Below are positions 35,428-48,393 of a stretch of 64,000 nt of DNA, piece after piece. How positions within the stretch are numbered: position 1 is the stretch's first letter; every line of letters begins with the position of its first letter. Source of the stretch: Squalus acanthias (Eukaryota); NCBI GenBank assembly GCA_030390025.1, contig CM059432.1:125366001-125430000 (forward strand). The letters run 5' to 3'. The position numbers and the translations under genes were made by a program. Below the pieces are notes generated by a model. That model worked only from the letters and a program-made list of their open reading frames with translations, did no database searches and was not told where the DNA came from.

Positions 35428-36038
35428 ATAGAATAAAATCTTACAGCACAGAAGGGGGCCATCCGTCCCATCGTGCCTGTGCCGGCTCTTTGAAAGAGCT
35501 GTCCAATTTAGTCCCACATCCCAGCTTTTTCCCCATAACCCTGCAAATTAGTCCTCTTCAAGTATATGACCAATTGCCTTTTGAAAGTTCCTTTGGAATC
35601 TGCTTACACCACCCTTTCAGGTAGTGCGTTCCAGATCTTAACAACCCTCTGTGTGAAAAATGTCTCATTTCCCCTCTAGTTCTTTAGTCAATTATCTTAA
35701 ATCTATGACCTCTGGTTACCAACCCACTTGCCAGAGGAAACACTTTCTCCCTATTTGTTCTATCAAAATCCCTCATTATTTTGAATACCTCTATTAGGCC
35801 TCCCCTTAACCTTGTCTGCTCTAAAGGAGAACAATCCCAGCTTCTCCAGTCTCTCCACATAACTCAACTCCCTCATCCCTGGCATCACCCTGGTAAACCT
35901 CCTCTGTACCCTCTCCAAGGCCTTGATATCCTTCCTAAAGTGTGGTGCCCAGAATTGTACACAATAGTCCAGCTGAGGCCTAACCAGTGATTCGTAAAAG
36001 TTTAGCATGATTTCCTTGTTTTTGTATTAATGCCCCTA
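35428..36038 (-). mobile_element. CR1 3' part; its 5' part continues at 42153-42905
   Basis: LVRPQLDYCVQFWAPHFRKD; the sequence resumes collinearly after 42152. Confidence 0.85.
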
Positions 36039-36243
36039 TTTTTTTTATTCGTTCCTGGGATCTGGGCGTCGTTGGCAAGGCCAGCATTTATTGCCCATCC
36101 ATAGTTGCCCTCGAGAAGGTGGTGGTGAGCCGTCTTCTTGAACCGCTGCAGTCCGTGTGGTGATGGTATTTCCACAGTGCTGTTAGGTAGGGAGTTGCAG
36201 GATTTTGACCCAGCGACGATGAAGGATCGGCGATATACTTCTA

Positions 36244-36470
36244 AGAGGCCGGTGTCGGGAGCGGAGAGAGCGACGGTACAGTGAGTATTTAAACTCACTT
36301 TCGCGGGCTTTTTTCCTCAGAGGCCGGTGTCGGGAGCGGAGAGAGCGACGGTACAGTGAGTATTTAAACTCACTTTCGCGGGCTTTTTTCAGAGGTCAGT
36401 ATCGGGAGCAGCAGGAGAGCGGCGTTACAGTGAGTATTTAAACTCACTTTCGCGGGCTTTATTCAGAGGC
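36244..36470 (+). promoter_or_regulatory. Three tandem 72-75 bp monomers at the CR1 5' end, each with TATTTAAA
   Basis: Units start at 36244, 36319 and 36391, with a partial unit at 36465; TATTTAAA at 36286, 36361 and 36435. Confidence 0.7.
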
Positions 36471-36782
36471 TTACCAATCTCGCAGACCGGCCACGGCATT
36501 CCAGAGCCACGTCATGATTCAAAAAGTGACGTGGGCAAGAGGAAGCAGCTGATTGGGTGAGTATGGCCAGGTGAATATTTATACTACTCTATAGTTTGAC
36601 AGTTAAGGTTAATAGTTTATAAAGTTTAGAAGGTCTTAATTTTGTGGTTGTAGTTTCTAAGGTCTCTGTTGTGTAGCGGTGTGTGCTAGTAAACAAGGGC
36701 CCTTGACTATATCATTTAATTGTAGTGTAATTTGTGGTATTGATTTTATTTAATTTAATTTAAATTAATTGAAGGGTAAGTC

Positions 36783-37735
36783 ATGGCAGCACAGCTCGGC
36801 CCCCGTGGCATGCTCCTCCTGCACTATGTGGGAAATCAGGGACACTTCCTGTGTCCCTGATGACCATGTGTGCGGGAAATGTATCCAGCTGCAGCTACTG
36901 GCAGACCGCATTGCGGCGCTGGAGCTGCGAATGGATACATACTGGAGCATTCGCGATGCTGAGGACATCATGGATATCACGTTCAATGAATTGGTCACAC
37001 CGCAGGTAAAGGCTGCACAGGCAGGAAGGGAATGGGTGACCGCCAGGCAGAGTAGTAGGCGCAGGCAGGTAGTGCAGGGATCCCGTGTGGCCATCCCCCT
37101 CTCAAACAGATATACCACTTTGGATATTGTTGAGGAGGATGGCTTATCGGGGGAAGGCAGCAGCAACCAACTTCCTGGCACCATGGGTGGTTCTGCTGCA
37201 CAGGACGGGAGGAAAAAGAACGGGAGAGCTATAGTGATAGGGGATTCTATTGTAAGGAGAATAGATAGGCGTTTCTGCGGCCGCAAACGAGACTCCAGGA
37301 TGGTATGTTGCCTCCCTGGTGCAAGGGTCAAGGATGTCTCGGAGCGGCTGCAGGGCATTCTGGAGGGGGAGGGTGAACAGCCAGTTGTCGTGGTGCATAT
37401 AGGTACCAACGATATAGGTAAAAAAACGGGATGAGGTCCTAAAAGCTGAATATAGGGGGTTAGGAGGTAAATTAAAAAATAGGACCTCAAAGATAGTAAT
37501 CTCAGGATTGCTACCAGTGCCACATACTAGTCAGAGTAGAAATAGAAGGATATTTCAGATGAATACATGGCTAGAAGAATGGTGCAAGGGGGAGGAATTC
37601 AAATTCCTGGGACATTGGAACCGGTTCTGGGGGAGGTGGGACCAGTACAAACTGGACGGTTTGCACCTGGGCAGGACCGGGACGAATGTCCTAGGGGGAG
37701 TGTTTGCTAGTGCTGTTGGGGAGGGTTTAAACTAA
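36783..37735 (+). pseudogene. CR1 ORF1 (CxxC..CxxC zinc finger, coiled coil, SGNH esterase), two frameshifts
   Basis: CSSCTMW..CGKC; VIGDSIVR, CLPGARV, HIGTND, DGLHL; extra base in homopolymers near 36800 and 37420. Confidence 0.88.
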
Positions 37736-37857
37736 AATGGCAGGGGGTTGGGAACCTGTGCAGGGAGACAGAGGAAAGGGAAGCAAGGATAGAAGCAAAA
37801 GATAGGAAGGAGAAAAGCAAAAGTGGAAGGCAGAGAAATCAAGGGTGTAAATCAAAC

Positions 37858-40700
37858 ATGGCCACAGTAAACAATAATGCTAAAAGGTCTAAGAGTGTTA
37901 AAAAAACAAGGCTGAAGGCTTTGTGTCTTAATGCGAGGAGCATTCGTAATAAGGTGGATGAATTAGCTGTGCAAATAGATGTAAACAGATATGATATAAT
38001 TGGGATTACGGAGACATGGCTCCAGGGTGACCAAGGCTGGGAATTCAACATCCAGGGGTATTCAATATTCAGGAAGGACAGGCAAAAAGGAAAAGGAGGT
38101 GGGGTAGCATTGCTGGTTAAAGAGGAGATTAACACAATAGTAAGGAAGGATATTAGCTCTGATGATATGGAATCTGTATGGGTAGAGCTGAGAAATACCA
38201 AGGGGCAGAAAACGTTAGTGGGAGTTGTATACAGACCCCCAAACAGTAATGCTCAGGTTGGGGATGGCATTAAATGGGAAATTAGAGATGTGTGCAATAA
38301 GGGCACAGCAGTTATCATGGGTGACTTTAATCTACATATAGATTGGGCTAACCAAATTAGTAACAATACTGTGGAAGAGGAATTCCTAGAGTGTATACGG
38401 GATGGTTTCCTGGAGCAATATGTCGAGGAACCAACTAGAGATCAGGCCATCTTAGACTGGGCATTATGTAATGAGAAAGGATTAATTAGCAATCTTGTTG
38501 TGCGAGGCCCCTTGGGGAGGAGCAATCATAATATGATAGAATTCTTCATTAAGATGGAGAGTGAAGTAGTAGTTGACTCAGAGACTAGGGTACTGAATTT
38601 AAATAAAGGAAATTACGATGGTATGAGGCGCGAGTTGGCTAGGATTGGGGAATGTTACTTAAAGGGTTGACAGTGGATAGGCAATGGCAAACATTTAAAG
38701 ATCGCATGGATGAACTATAGAATTTGTTCATCCCTGTTTGGCATAATAAAACAAAAAAGGTGACTCAACCGTGGCTAACAAGGGAAATTAGGGATAGCAT
38801 AAGATCCAAGGAGAGAACATATAAATTGGCCAGAAAAAGCAGCAAACCTGAGGATTGGGAGCAGTTTAGGATTCAGCAAAGGAGGACAAAGGGATTAATT
38901 AAGAGGGGGAAAATAGAGTATGAGAGTAAGCTTGCAGGGAACATAAAAACTGACTGTAAAAGCTTCTATAGATATGTGAAGAGAAAAAGATTGGTGAAGT
39001 CAAGCGTAGGTCCCTTGCAGTCAGAATCAGGGGAATTTATAATGGGGAACAAAGAAATGGCAGACCAATTAAATACATACTTTGGTTCTGTCTTCACAAA
39101 GGAGGACACAAATAAACTCCCAGAGATGTCGGGGAACATAGGGTCTAATGAGAGGGAGGAACTGAATGAAATCAGTATTTGTAGGGAAATGGTGTTAGGG
39201 AAATTGACGGGATTGAAGGCCGATAAATCCCCAGGGCCTGATAATCTACATCCTAGGGTACTTAAGGAAGTGGCCCTAGAAATAGTAGATGCATTGCTGG
39301 TCATCTTCCAAAATTCTATAGACTCTGGAACAATTCCCATGGATTGGATGGTAGCTAATGCAACCCCACTATTTAAAAAAGGTGGTAGAGAGAAAACGGG
39401 GAATTATAGACTGGTAAGCCTGACATCGGTAATGGGGAAAATGCTAGAGTCCATTATAAAAGATGTAATAGCAGAGCACTTGGAAAACAGTGACAGGATC
39501 GGACAAAGTCAACATGGATTTACAAAAGGTAAATCATGCTTGACTAATCTACTGGAATTTTTTGAGGATGTAACTGGTAGAATAGATAAGGGAGAACCAG
39601 TGGATGTGGTGTATTTGGACTTTCAGAAGGCTTTCGATAAGGTCCCGCATAAGAGATTAGCGTGCAAAGTTAAAGCACATGGGATTGGGGGTAAGGTACT
39701 GACTTGGATAGAAAACTGGTTGGCAGACAGGAAGCAAAGAATTGGAATAAACGGGTCTTTTTCCGAGTGGCAGGCAGTGACTCGTGGTGTACCGCAGGGA
39801 TCGGTGCCAGGACCCCAGTTATTCACAATATATATTAATGATCTAGACGAGGGAACTAGATGTAATATCTCCAAGTTTGCAGACGACACAAAGCTGGGTG
39901 TGTGTGCTGTGAGGAGGATGCAGAGCAACTCCAGTATGATTTGGACAGGTTGGGTGATTGGGCAGATGCAGTATAATGTGGATAAATGCGAGGTTATCCA
40001 CTTTGGTGGCAAAAACAGGAAGGCAGATTATTATCTGAACAGCAATAGATTGGGAAAAGGGGAAGTGCAACGAGACCTGGGTGTCCTTGTGCACCAGTTG
40101 CTGAAGGTAAGCATGCAGGTGCAGCAGGCGGCCAAGAAGGCAAATGGTATGTTGGCCTTCATAGCGAGAGGATTCGAGTACAGGAGCAAGGATGTCTTGC
40201 TGCAGTTGTACAGGGCCTTGGTGAGACCACACCTTGAGTATTGTGTGCAGTTTTGGTCGCCTTATCTGAGGAAGGATGTTCTTGCCATGGAGGGAGTGCA
40301 GTGAAGATTCACCAGACTGATACCGGGGATGGCAGGAATGACGTATGGAGAGAGATTGGGTCGATTAGGCTTATATTCGCTAGAGTTTAGAAGAATGAGA
40401 GGGGATCTCATTGAAACTTATAAAATTCTAACAGGACTAGACAGACTAGATGCAGGAAGGCTCTTCCCGATGGCGGGGCAGTCCAGAACCAGGGGTCACA
40501 GTCTAAGGATAAGGGGTAGGCCATTCCGGACTGAGATGAGGAGGAATTTCTTCACCCAGAGAGTGGTGAACCTGTGGAATTCTCTACCACAGAAGGCAGT
40601 TGAGGCCAATTCATTAAATATATTCAAGAAGGAGTTAGATATATTTCTTAAGGCTAAGGGGATCAAAGGATATGGGGAGAAAGCAGGGACAGGGTACTGA
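37858..40700 (+). pseudogene. CR1 ORF2 (AP endonuclease and reverse transcriptase), interrupted
   Basis: LNARSIRNK, ITETWL, YRPP, MGDFN, YLDFQKAFDKVPH, GVPQGSV, FADD; stops or frameshifts near 38650-38720, 39900 and 40302. Confidence 0.9.
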
Positions 40701-42152
40701 ATTTGGATGATCAGCCATGATCGCATTGAATAGCGGAGCAGGCTCAAGGGGCCGAATGGCCTACTCCTGCTCCTATCTTCTATGTTTCTAAGTCAGGATG
40801 GTGTGTAACTTGGAGAGGGTGGTGTTCCCATGCGCCTGCTGCTCTTGTCCTTCTAGGTGGAAGAGGTCACGGGTTTGGGAGGTGCTGTCGAAGGAGGCTT
40901 GGTGAGTTGCTGCAGTGCATCTTGTAGATGGTACACACTGCAGCCACGGTACGCCGGTGGTGGAGGGAGTGAATGTTTAAGGTGGTGGATGGGGTGCAAA
41001 TCAAGCGGGCTGCTTTGTCCTGGATGGTGTCGAGCTTCTTGAGTGTTGTTAGAGCTACACTCATCCAGGCAAGTGGAGAGTATTCCATCACACTCTTTAC
41101 TTGTGCCTTGTAGATGGTGGAAAGGCTTTGGGGAGTCAGGAGGTGAGACACTCGCCACAGAATACCTAGCCTCTGACCTGCTTTTTTTGCCACAGTATTT
41201 GTGTGGCTGGTCCAGTAAAGCTTCTGGTTAATGGTGACCCCCAGGATGTTGATAGTGGGGGATTCGGCGATGGTAATGCCATTGAATGTCAAGGGGAGGT
41301 GGTTAGACTCTCACTTGTTGGAGATAGTCATTGCCTGGCACTTCTGTGGTGCGAATGTTACCTGCCACTTATCAGCCCAAGCCTGAACGTCGTCCAGGTC
41401 TTGTTGCATGCGGGCATGGACTGCTTCATTATCTGTGGAGTTGTGAATGGCGCTGAACACTGTGCAGTCATCAGTGAACATCCCCATTTCTGACCTTATG
41501 TTGAAGGGAAGGTCATTGATGAAGCAGCTGAAGATGGTTGGGCCTAGGACACTGCCCTGAGGAACTCCTGCCCCGATGACCTGGGGCTGTGATGATTGAC
41601 CTTCAACCACCACAACCATCTTACTATGTGCTAGGTATGACTCCAACCAGTGGAGTGTTTTGCCCCTCATTCCCATCGACTTCAGTTTTACCAGGGCTCC
41701 TTGATGCCAGACTCGGTCAAATACTGCCTTGCTGTCAAGGGCAGTCACTCTCACCTCAGCTCTGGAATTCAGCTCTTTTGTCCATGTTTGGACCAAGACT
41801 GTAATGAGGTCGGGAACTGAGTGGTCTTGGTGGAACCCAAACTGGGCATCAGTGAGCAGGTTATTGATGAGTAAGTGCCGCTTGATAGCACTGTCAATGA
41901 CACCTTCCATCACTTTGCTGATGATTGAGGGTAGACTGATGGGGCGGTAATTGGCCAGGTTGGATTTGTCCTGCTTTTTGTGGACAGGACATACCTGGGC
42001 AGTTTTCTACATTGTCGGATAGATGCCAGTGTCGTAGCTGTACTGGAACAGCTTGGCTAGAGGCGCGGCTAGTTCTGGAGCACAAGTCTTCAGGACGATA
42101 GCCGGGATATTGTCGGGGCCCATAGCCTTTGCTGTATCTAGTGTGCTCAGCC

Positions 42153-42905
42153 AAGTATCCCATACACTTTCTTAACTGCCTTATCAACTTGCCCTGCCAC
42201 CTTCAAAGATTTGTGAATCTTTGCTCTTACACCCCCCCCTCAAAATAGTACCATTTAGATTATACTGCCTCACCATTTTGTTCCTACCGATGTGCTTCAC
42301 TTCACACTTATTAAATTGCATGTGTCTTTTCACAGTCTGTCTATGCCCTCCTGACGTCTGCTGCTATCCTCCTCACTATTTACTATGTTGCCAAGTTATG
42401 CATCATCCACAAATTTCGGAGCTGTACTCCCTATACCAAAGTCCAGGTCATTTATATACAAGAAAAGCAATGGTCCCAATACGGATTTGCTGGGGAACCC
42501 CACTGTATTCTTCTCTTCAGTCAGAAAAACATCCATTCACCACTACTCTCTGCCTCCTATCCCTTAGCCAATTACATACCCAAGTTACCACCATCCCTTT
42601 AATCCCACATGCTTCTATTTTCTGAATAAGTCTGTTATGTGGTACTTTATCAAATTCCTTTTGAAAGTCCATATACACAACATCTACTGCACTACCTTCA
42701 TCAACCCACTCTGTTACTTCATCAAATAACTAAATCAGGTTAGTCAGTTGGTTTTAACAAATCCGTGCTGGCTATCCCTTATTAACCCATGCTTCTCCAA
42801 GTGAGAATCATATTTGTCCTCGACAAATGGTCTCCAGTAGTTTTCCCACCACTGACATTAGACTGACTGACCAGTTACCAGGTTAATCCCTCTCCCCTTG
42901 TTTTA
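42153..42905 (-). mobile_element. CR1 RT fragment (5' part of 35428-36038)
   Basis: Nucleotide similarity to the CR1 RT region at 27050-27800. Confidence 0.8.
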
Positions 42906-43055
42906 ATATGCACATGCACAGCTTTATTATGTAACTTTGGCACGCAAGGGGAACAAATTCATTTCTTTAACTACGTGCTTTGGATGGGGAAAATACTTTT
43001 AATTTAATCACCGTTCAGACGGATACTCCAGAGTGAAAAAGAAAACAAATACCAT

Positions 43056-43875
43056 GGGGGTAATTTTGCCAGCCCTGGGGAGGCGGGTCTGCCGGGAAAA
43101 TGGCAGAATCTAGGGGTGGGTACCCATCCCGCGCCCAACCCGCCTCCGTGCCATCTTCCCAGGAGGCAGGTACCCGACCCGCGCCGGGTCCCGTCTCCTG
43201 GAGGCGGGAAGGGGAGAACAGCCACTTAACTGCCTGTTAACAGGCAGTTAAGAGAATTATCCCCATTTTTCCAACAGAGGTGCGGGCTTCCCAACGTCGA
43301 GAAACCCCGCCAGGGTCAGCGAGGTGACCAGTGGGTCTGCGGGGGTCGGAGGGGTCCAAAAGTGCGCTGTGGAGGTGAGTGATGGGTGCAAGTGTGGAGA
43401 GGTAAGTATGTGAGGTGAGTGAAAAGAGAGAGAAAAAGTTTCCTTACCTTTGTTTCTTCCTGCAGGCTTCAATTGTTGGGGATCCGGAGAATTCGGCATC
43501 TCCACGGCAGAGATGACAGAATGGCTGCTGAATTCTCCGATGCAACAACCATCTGCTTTCTGCTCAGGAAATAGGTTTGGTGAGTCTTGAGTACAAGAAC
43601 TCACCAAACAACAGAGAATGTCAGTGTTTGACAGCTTCTCAAAGCTGTCAAACGATGACAATTAATCTGTCAAAAAATTGACAGATGAAACGTCATACGC
43701 TGACGTTCTGTGTCACCGGCTTTCCCTTAATTGGCCTGCTAAGCTCGCTGGGCGGGCTTAACAAGGTCAATCAAGGGAAAGTAGCGTGGGTTGGTCGCAA
43801 GTCAATGGAGCGGGACTAAAACCTGACCAGCAGCAGTCCCGCCTCTAACGTGCCCCCATTGGCAAAATCACCCCT
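43056..43875. mobile_element. Harbinger-type MITE (820 bp) with CAT target duplication
   Basis: CAT-GGGGGTAATTTTGCC ... GGCAAAATCACCCCT-CAT. Confidence 0.85.
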
Positions 43876-44396
43876 CATGTCTGGACTCCTCTCTCACTTC
43901 TGGGTGTTGAGGATTGATAAGCTGAGCTGCCAAAGTTCCCACCTTGAATGAAAAGCTGCCCTGTTGGTGGGGAAGCTTACAGCAGTGAAGTACCTATTCA
44001 GCTCAGCCCCAACAGGCAGAATGAATGAAAACCAAGCTATCTTAACGGTATGAAATACCTAGGACTGAACATTAATGAACTAAATTGAGGGCAAGTTTCA
44101 TCTGCCTACTGCCCTGTTCAAGCTGAATAACAGGCTGTAAGTAGACAAAACTTTTTTTTTTAAATCTTACCGCCCGCTGGTCACCCAAGTCCCGCCTGAA
44201 ACAAGTGGGAACCTTGTTTAAAATTGGACTCCTACGCCCGGTTGTAGGCCCTGATGCAATTTTCAGGTACCAAAGACCACCCCCTGAAAAAGTTTAAATT
44301 CCGTCTCACACTCAGGAGAAGCTGCCTGATTTCCTGCCCCACCCCCGGAAAGCTGCAGTCAGTACTGGCAGCTCACCGATGTGGCGCAATCACTCG

Positions 44397-44767
44397 GGGG
44401 GGTGATTTTATCAATGGGGACGTTGTCGGGTTTGAGTCCCGCCTCCATCGACGTCCGGCCAACCCACGCTATTTTCCCTTGATTGACCTGGTTAAGCCCG
44501 CCCAGCGGGCTTAGCTGGCCAATTAAGGGAAAGCCAGTGACAGAACGTCAGCGTATGACGTTTCATCTGTCAAGATAGGCAGTTAATTGGCACTAATCCC
44601 CTTCCCGCCTCGAGGAGTTGGGACCCGGCGCGGGTCAGGTACCCGCCTCCTGGCAAGATGGCACGGAGGCAGGTTGGGGGCACGATGGGTACACGCTCCC
44701 AGATTCTGGCATTTTCCCGGCAGTACGCCTCCATACCCGCCTCCCCAGGGCTGGCAAAATCGCCCCC
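44397..44767. mobile_element. Internally deleted copy (~370 bp) of the same MITE, inverted relative to 43056-43875
   Basis: GGGGGTGATTTT ... AAAATCGCCCCC; both subterminal arms are joined near 44572. Confidence 0.8.
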
Positions 44768-46159
44768 TTGGTTTCCACAGCACCACACCTGCGCCCGCCC
44801 AATGTGCCTTATAATTGAAAATCGTCCAATGGTCTCAAAACTAATACAAGATGCAAAACAGTCTAAGGTGGCTGTCTGATACTCCATCTGAGAGCCATCC
44901 TAATTCTAAATGGCTTGTGTATCTCTGGGAGTTAACTATTTGTAAGCTGAATCTGACCTTATAATCAATAACAAAGTAAAACAAAATCCCTTCCAGACCA
45001 TCCATGTAAAAGTGGCAAAATGTGACTCCCTCCTTCTAACACTGCAGAACCTCCTCGCAACAGTGTAACTAACCTGTGACTCAGAGAAAAGACATATACA
45101 TAAAATCTTAACTTCTGGTGAATCCAGTGGATTTGAATGCCGAGTGCCCTGGAATCCCTGGCATGCAGCTATTGTTAACATCGAGTGACTGACTGATTCA
45201 GCTTGGCCATTGCAACTGCCTCCAAATGTAAACAGAACCGGTCATCCACATATGTTTTCCTTTAGCATGTGGACTTAATTGTTAACATTGTAAATCTTGA
45301 CGTCAACTTGAACTATTTCCTCTCCAAAAAAAGTACCGGGTAGTTGAATGTTAGTGTAGCTCAATTATTTGTCTTGTTACAGTAAATGACCCAAGTATAA
45401 ATATTGGCCTGGGGAAGAATACTAAAATCACAAACAGTTCGTGCCCTCGCAGATTTATTTAGGACAGAAGTAGCACAAAATCTAATGTGATTAACATTCA
45501 ATTAACATAAACCCAATTCCTTTTGGATATTCATACTCAAATAAAAAATATAAGCAAAGCCCCTTATTGGAGCACCCGGCAACCCACCTCAATCTCATAC
45601 AACACACAAGGTTTCGAACAACCTCATTAACACAGCAACCACACCACATAGCCAGTCTCCTACTTACCTCTCGATGTAGCACGGTTTATGTACATTTATA
45701 TATATATATATCTTTGACCACACTTCAGAAACACACAATTGGTTGAGAAGTGCTTTGTGGGATTCCCGAGGATGTGAAAGGTGCAATATGAAGGTGCAAG
45801 TTTGTTCTATCTTTCTCTATACATTCACACAAAAAGGGTTGGGCAGAAGCTCAGAGAGGAGACAAGATGCTTCAAACTTGTATCTATCTTGCATCGGGGA
45901 GTGGGGGGGGGCGGCGGGGGTGTTGGGTGGTAAGAAGGGTAGTTTTTTTAAGAAGATTCTTTTGCATAGGAAAGACTTATTTAGTGTTGCTGGGGATTTC
46001 ATTTAGGCAAAAAAAAATTGTGCTACAGAATCTCTCTTAACAAGCAGAATTGAACAAATTTACTGTTCCATATCAATGTTGGCTGTTTGAAGGGGCTAGG
46101 CTGTAAACAGTAGGGAATCTATAACATGGTTTGTGACCTAACAGTTGAACTGGTAAGGT

Positions 46160-46480
46160 CAGGGGGTAGCGGAGCCATGCGGATCAAAAAGGTGCCAGGT
46201 TTGATGGCCGATCTGTGCTGAGTTAGCTGATCTTGGCCGCCATGGAAGTATGGGTGCTACTGTTGGCCTATCTACCCCTGGAATGGAGAGAGAGTGGGAG
46301 GGTGGGGTGGCACAAAGGGGAGGGAAATCAGCCATGGTTCTCACTTCTGATCCCTATCCACCCTGAGCTTCAGAGCATGTTTCGATTTCAGACGAGGACA
46401 GGATCAGACTCGATTATGATGCACCTTTCGTAGAATAGACCGTCACTACTCATTGTATGAACTTGGACCTGAATCATGAG
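46160..46480 (+). mobile_element. Old tRNA-derived SINE
   Basis: CCAGGTTTGA...TGCTGAGTTAGCTGATC...GGAAATCAGCC, as in 16745-17135. Confidence 0.55.
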
Positions 46481-48291
46481 CATGGTACTTCTGGAGAGGA
46501 GAAAAATAAAGCAAACTCTTTGGGACCGCATCTGTGAAACAATTAAGAAGGGAAATAGCTAAACAATTGGAAGAGAGAAAATCAATGAATGTTTGAGAGA
46601 GACTTGGAACAATTTAAAATATGTCAATTTGACTACAGGAATGTAGCCAATATGATTAGCACTCCGTGAGGAAAGAAATAAAGGTGGAAACTCTGGCTTT
46701 GGGAACAAGGAGGAGGATGGGAGGAATGGGAACGATGGGAGGGCAGGTGTGGCAGGAATCAGGTTACCATTTCTGTGGAAAAAGGCAAGGCTCATGACAG
46801 ATCTGACACTTCAAATAATGATGCACAAATTCATGGTTTCTTTTGATAAGACTGTTTATTACTGTTCAACATGTAGCACCGTGCATTACTCAGTGATACG
46901 CTTTATCACAAAACTTTTCAATACAAAAGATAAAATTCTGCCAAAGTGAACAATGTGTGAGCTTCAGCGTTCAAGCAGTCAAATGAGACTCCAAACGGCT
47001 CAATTTTATAAATCTTGATCGTTTTTTAAAAAAAAGGTACATGACTATATACTGTGTAACTAACAGTGAGAACAACTTAACCACGGTTATCCGCCATGGA
47101 ATTCATATGCAATCCAAAATAGCTTAAAATGTTCTGCTAATTCCTAATCTTTTGTACTAATAGAGCTAATTTATAACTGAATACTTGGATATCTAGTCAG
47201 GTATTGATTGACACCTTCAGTCTAGGCAAACTGCACTGAAAAAGTCAGAACTTTCTAGAATCGGAAAAAACAGACAATGCAATTAACCTGGATGCCCTTG
47301 AACTGGTTCTTATGTCTCTGGTTATAATACCCTGTGGTCATGTGCATAGGCCCCCCTCATTTGCATAAATTTTATTACTTGCGTCACAGTAACATCACAA
47401 ACAATAACTATGGGCTTATTTTTTTTTTAGACTGGGGAGTGGAAATTCATGCAGAGGCATTCAACACTTCCATAAGTACAGCCAGGTTTTTAAGTGCGGA
47501 AACACTAAAGATTTGCCTGTTTGTACTGCTATCATCTGTGCTTAATTTCTGCACTCGTGACAATACCTACCCCACAAAGGGAATTAAAAGAGTCAAACCA
47601 GGAATATGAAAGTAGATTTATTCCTCTCCTAGGCCCAACTCCTTCCCAGGTCAACTGTGGGCATTGCGTATGTGTTTAGAATTGAGGCAACATATTAGGG
47701 ACTGGAACCCAAAACACTGAACCAAATGAAAAAGGTTAAAATAAAGCTTAAAAATAAAAGTTGCAACAATAAACTGAAGGACAGATTTCCTGGGAATAGG
47801 AACTTTGTACACATCTTGGATTAATGAGTGTGAAGCCAGCCAGGCTCTAGATGGAGCTTATTCAAATATCGAAACTCTGCAATTAATCGGACATCTCTGT
47901 GCTAAGATCTGGCTACTCACAAACTTTAAAAGGGGAGAAAAAAAAACCTAGGCCCTGTGTGTCCCCGGAGACATTTACCCTTAATCCGTAGGGATTGCAT
48001 CTACTTTGCAGAAAAATCCATTCCACAGAAATCCTCAATGTGTATTTAGACACAGAAAAGTCATAGTAGCCCAAACCTAACCTGACCCAATTTATATGGT
48101 TTAAATAAGTAACCAGTTCCCTGATAGAGGAACAAAACCTCCAAAACATCCACTATGAGAGAGAGAGAGAGCGGGCAATGTACAATTTGCACCCCCTTAA
48201 CTTTTGAAGAGAGTGTCGAGAAATGTAATCAACCCGATAGGCTGTTGTGCAAAAAAAGTGTTGAAGTTGTACTTAAAGGCTTTGACTGTGG

Positions 48292-48393
48292 TCACAATTC
48301 CTCATCAGCGATGTATTCAAATACGCTTGCTCCATCTTTTCTTTTCACTTTCTTAAATAACTTTTTCTGTAGCACAACTCCAAAATGTTTACT
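48292..48393 (-). CDS. Candidate terminal coding exon of an unidentified host gene (phase 0: SKHFGVVLQKKLFKKVKRKDGASVFEYIADEEL*)
   Basis: Acceptor CATTTTTCTAG; followed by ~1.4 kb with no repeat I could recognise and an AATAAA on - near 46855-46860. Confidence 0.4.
   Translation of the reverse strand, partial: SKHFGVVLQKKLFKKVKRKDGASVFEYIADEEL

Larger units (their letters stand above)
36244..40790 (+). mobile_element. Full-length CR1 LINE (5' monomers, ORF1, ORF2, 3' tail)
   Basis: TTCTAAG duplication at 36239-36245 and 40786-40792; complete domain order. Confidence 0.93.
36039..42152 (-). mobile_element. 5'-truncated copy of the tRNA-headed LINE family, split by the full-length CR1 (pieces 36039-36243 and 40791-42152)
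   Basis: QFGFH, GVPQGSVLGP, MFTDD, YKAQVKSVMEY; joining the pieces restores GATATACTTCTAAGTCAGGATGG. Confidence 0.88.

Noticed and set aside
36244..36470. CRISPR-like array
   Set aside because: The repeats are head-to-tail with no unique spacers, there are no cas genes, and the context is a eukaryotic LINE 5' end
36765..37523. 252-aa antisense ORF and similar antisense ORFs over LINEs and the transposase
   Set aside because: These are shadow frames of the sense-strand element genes
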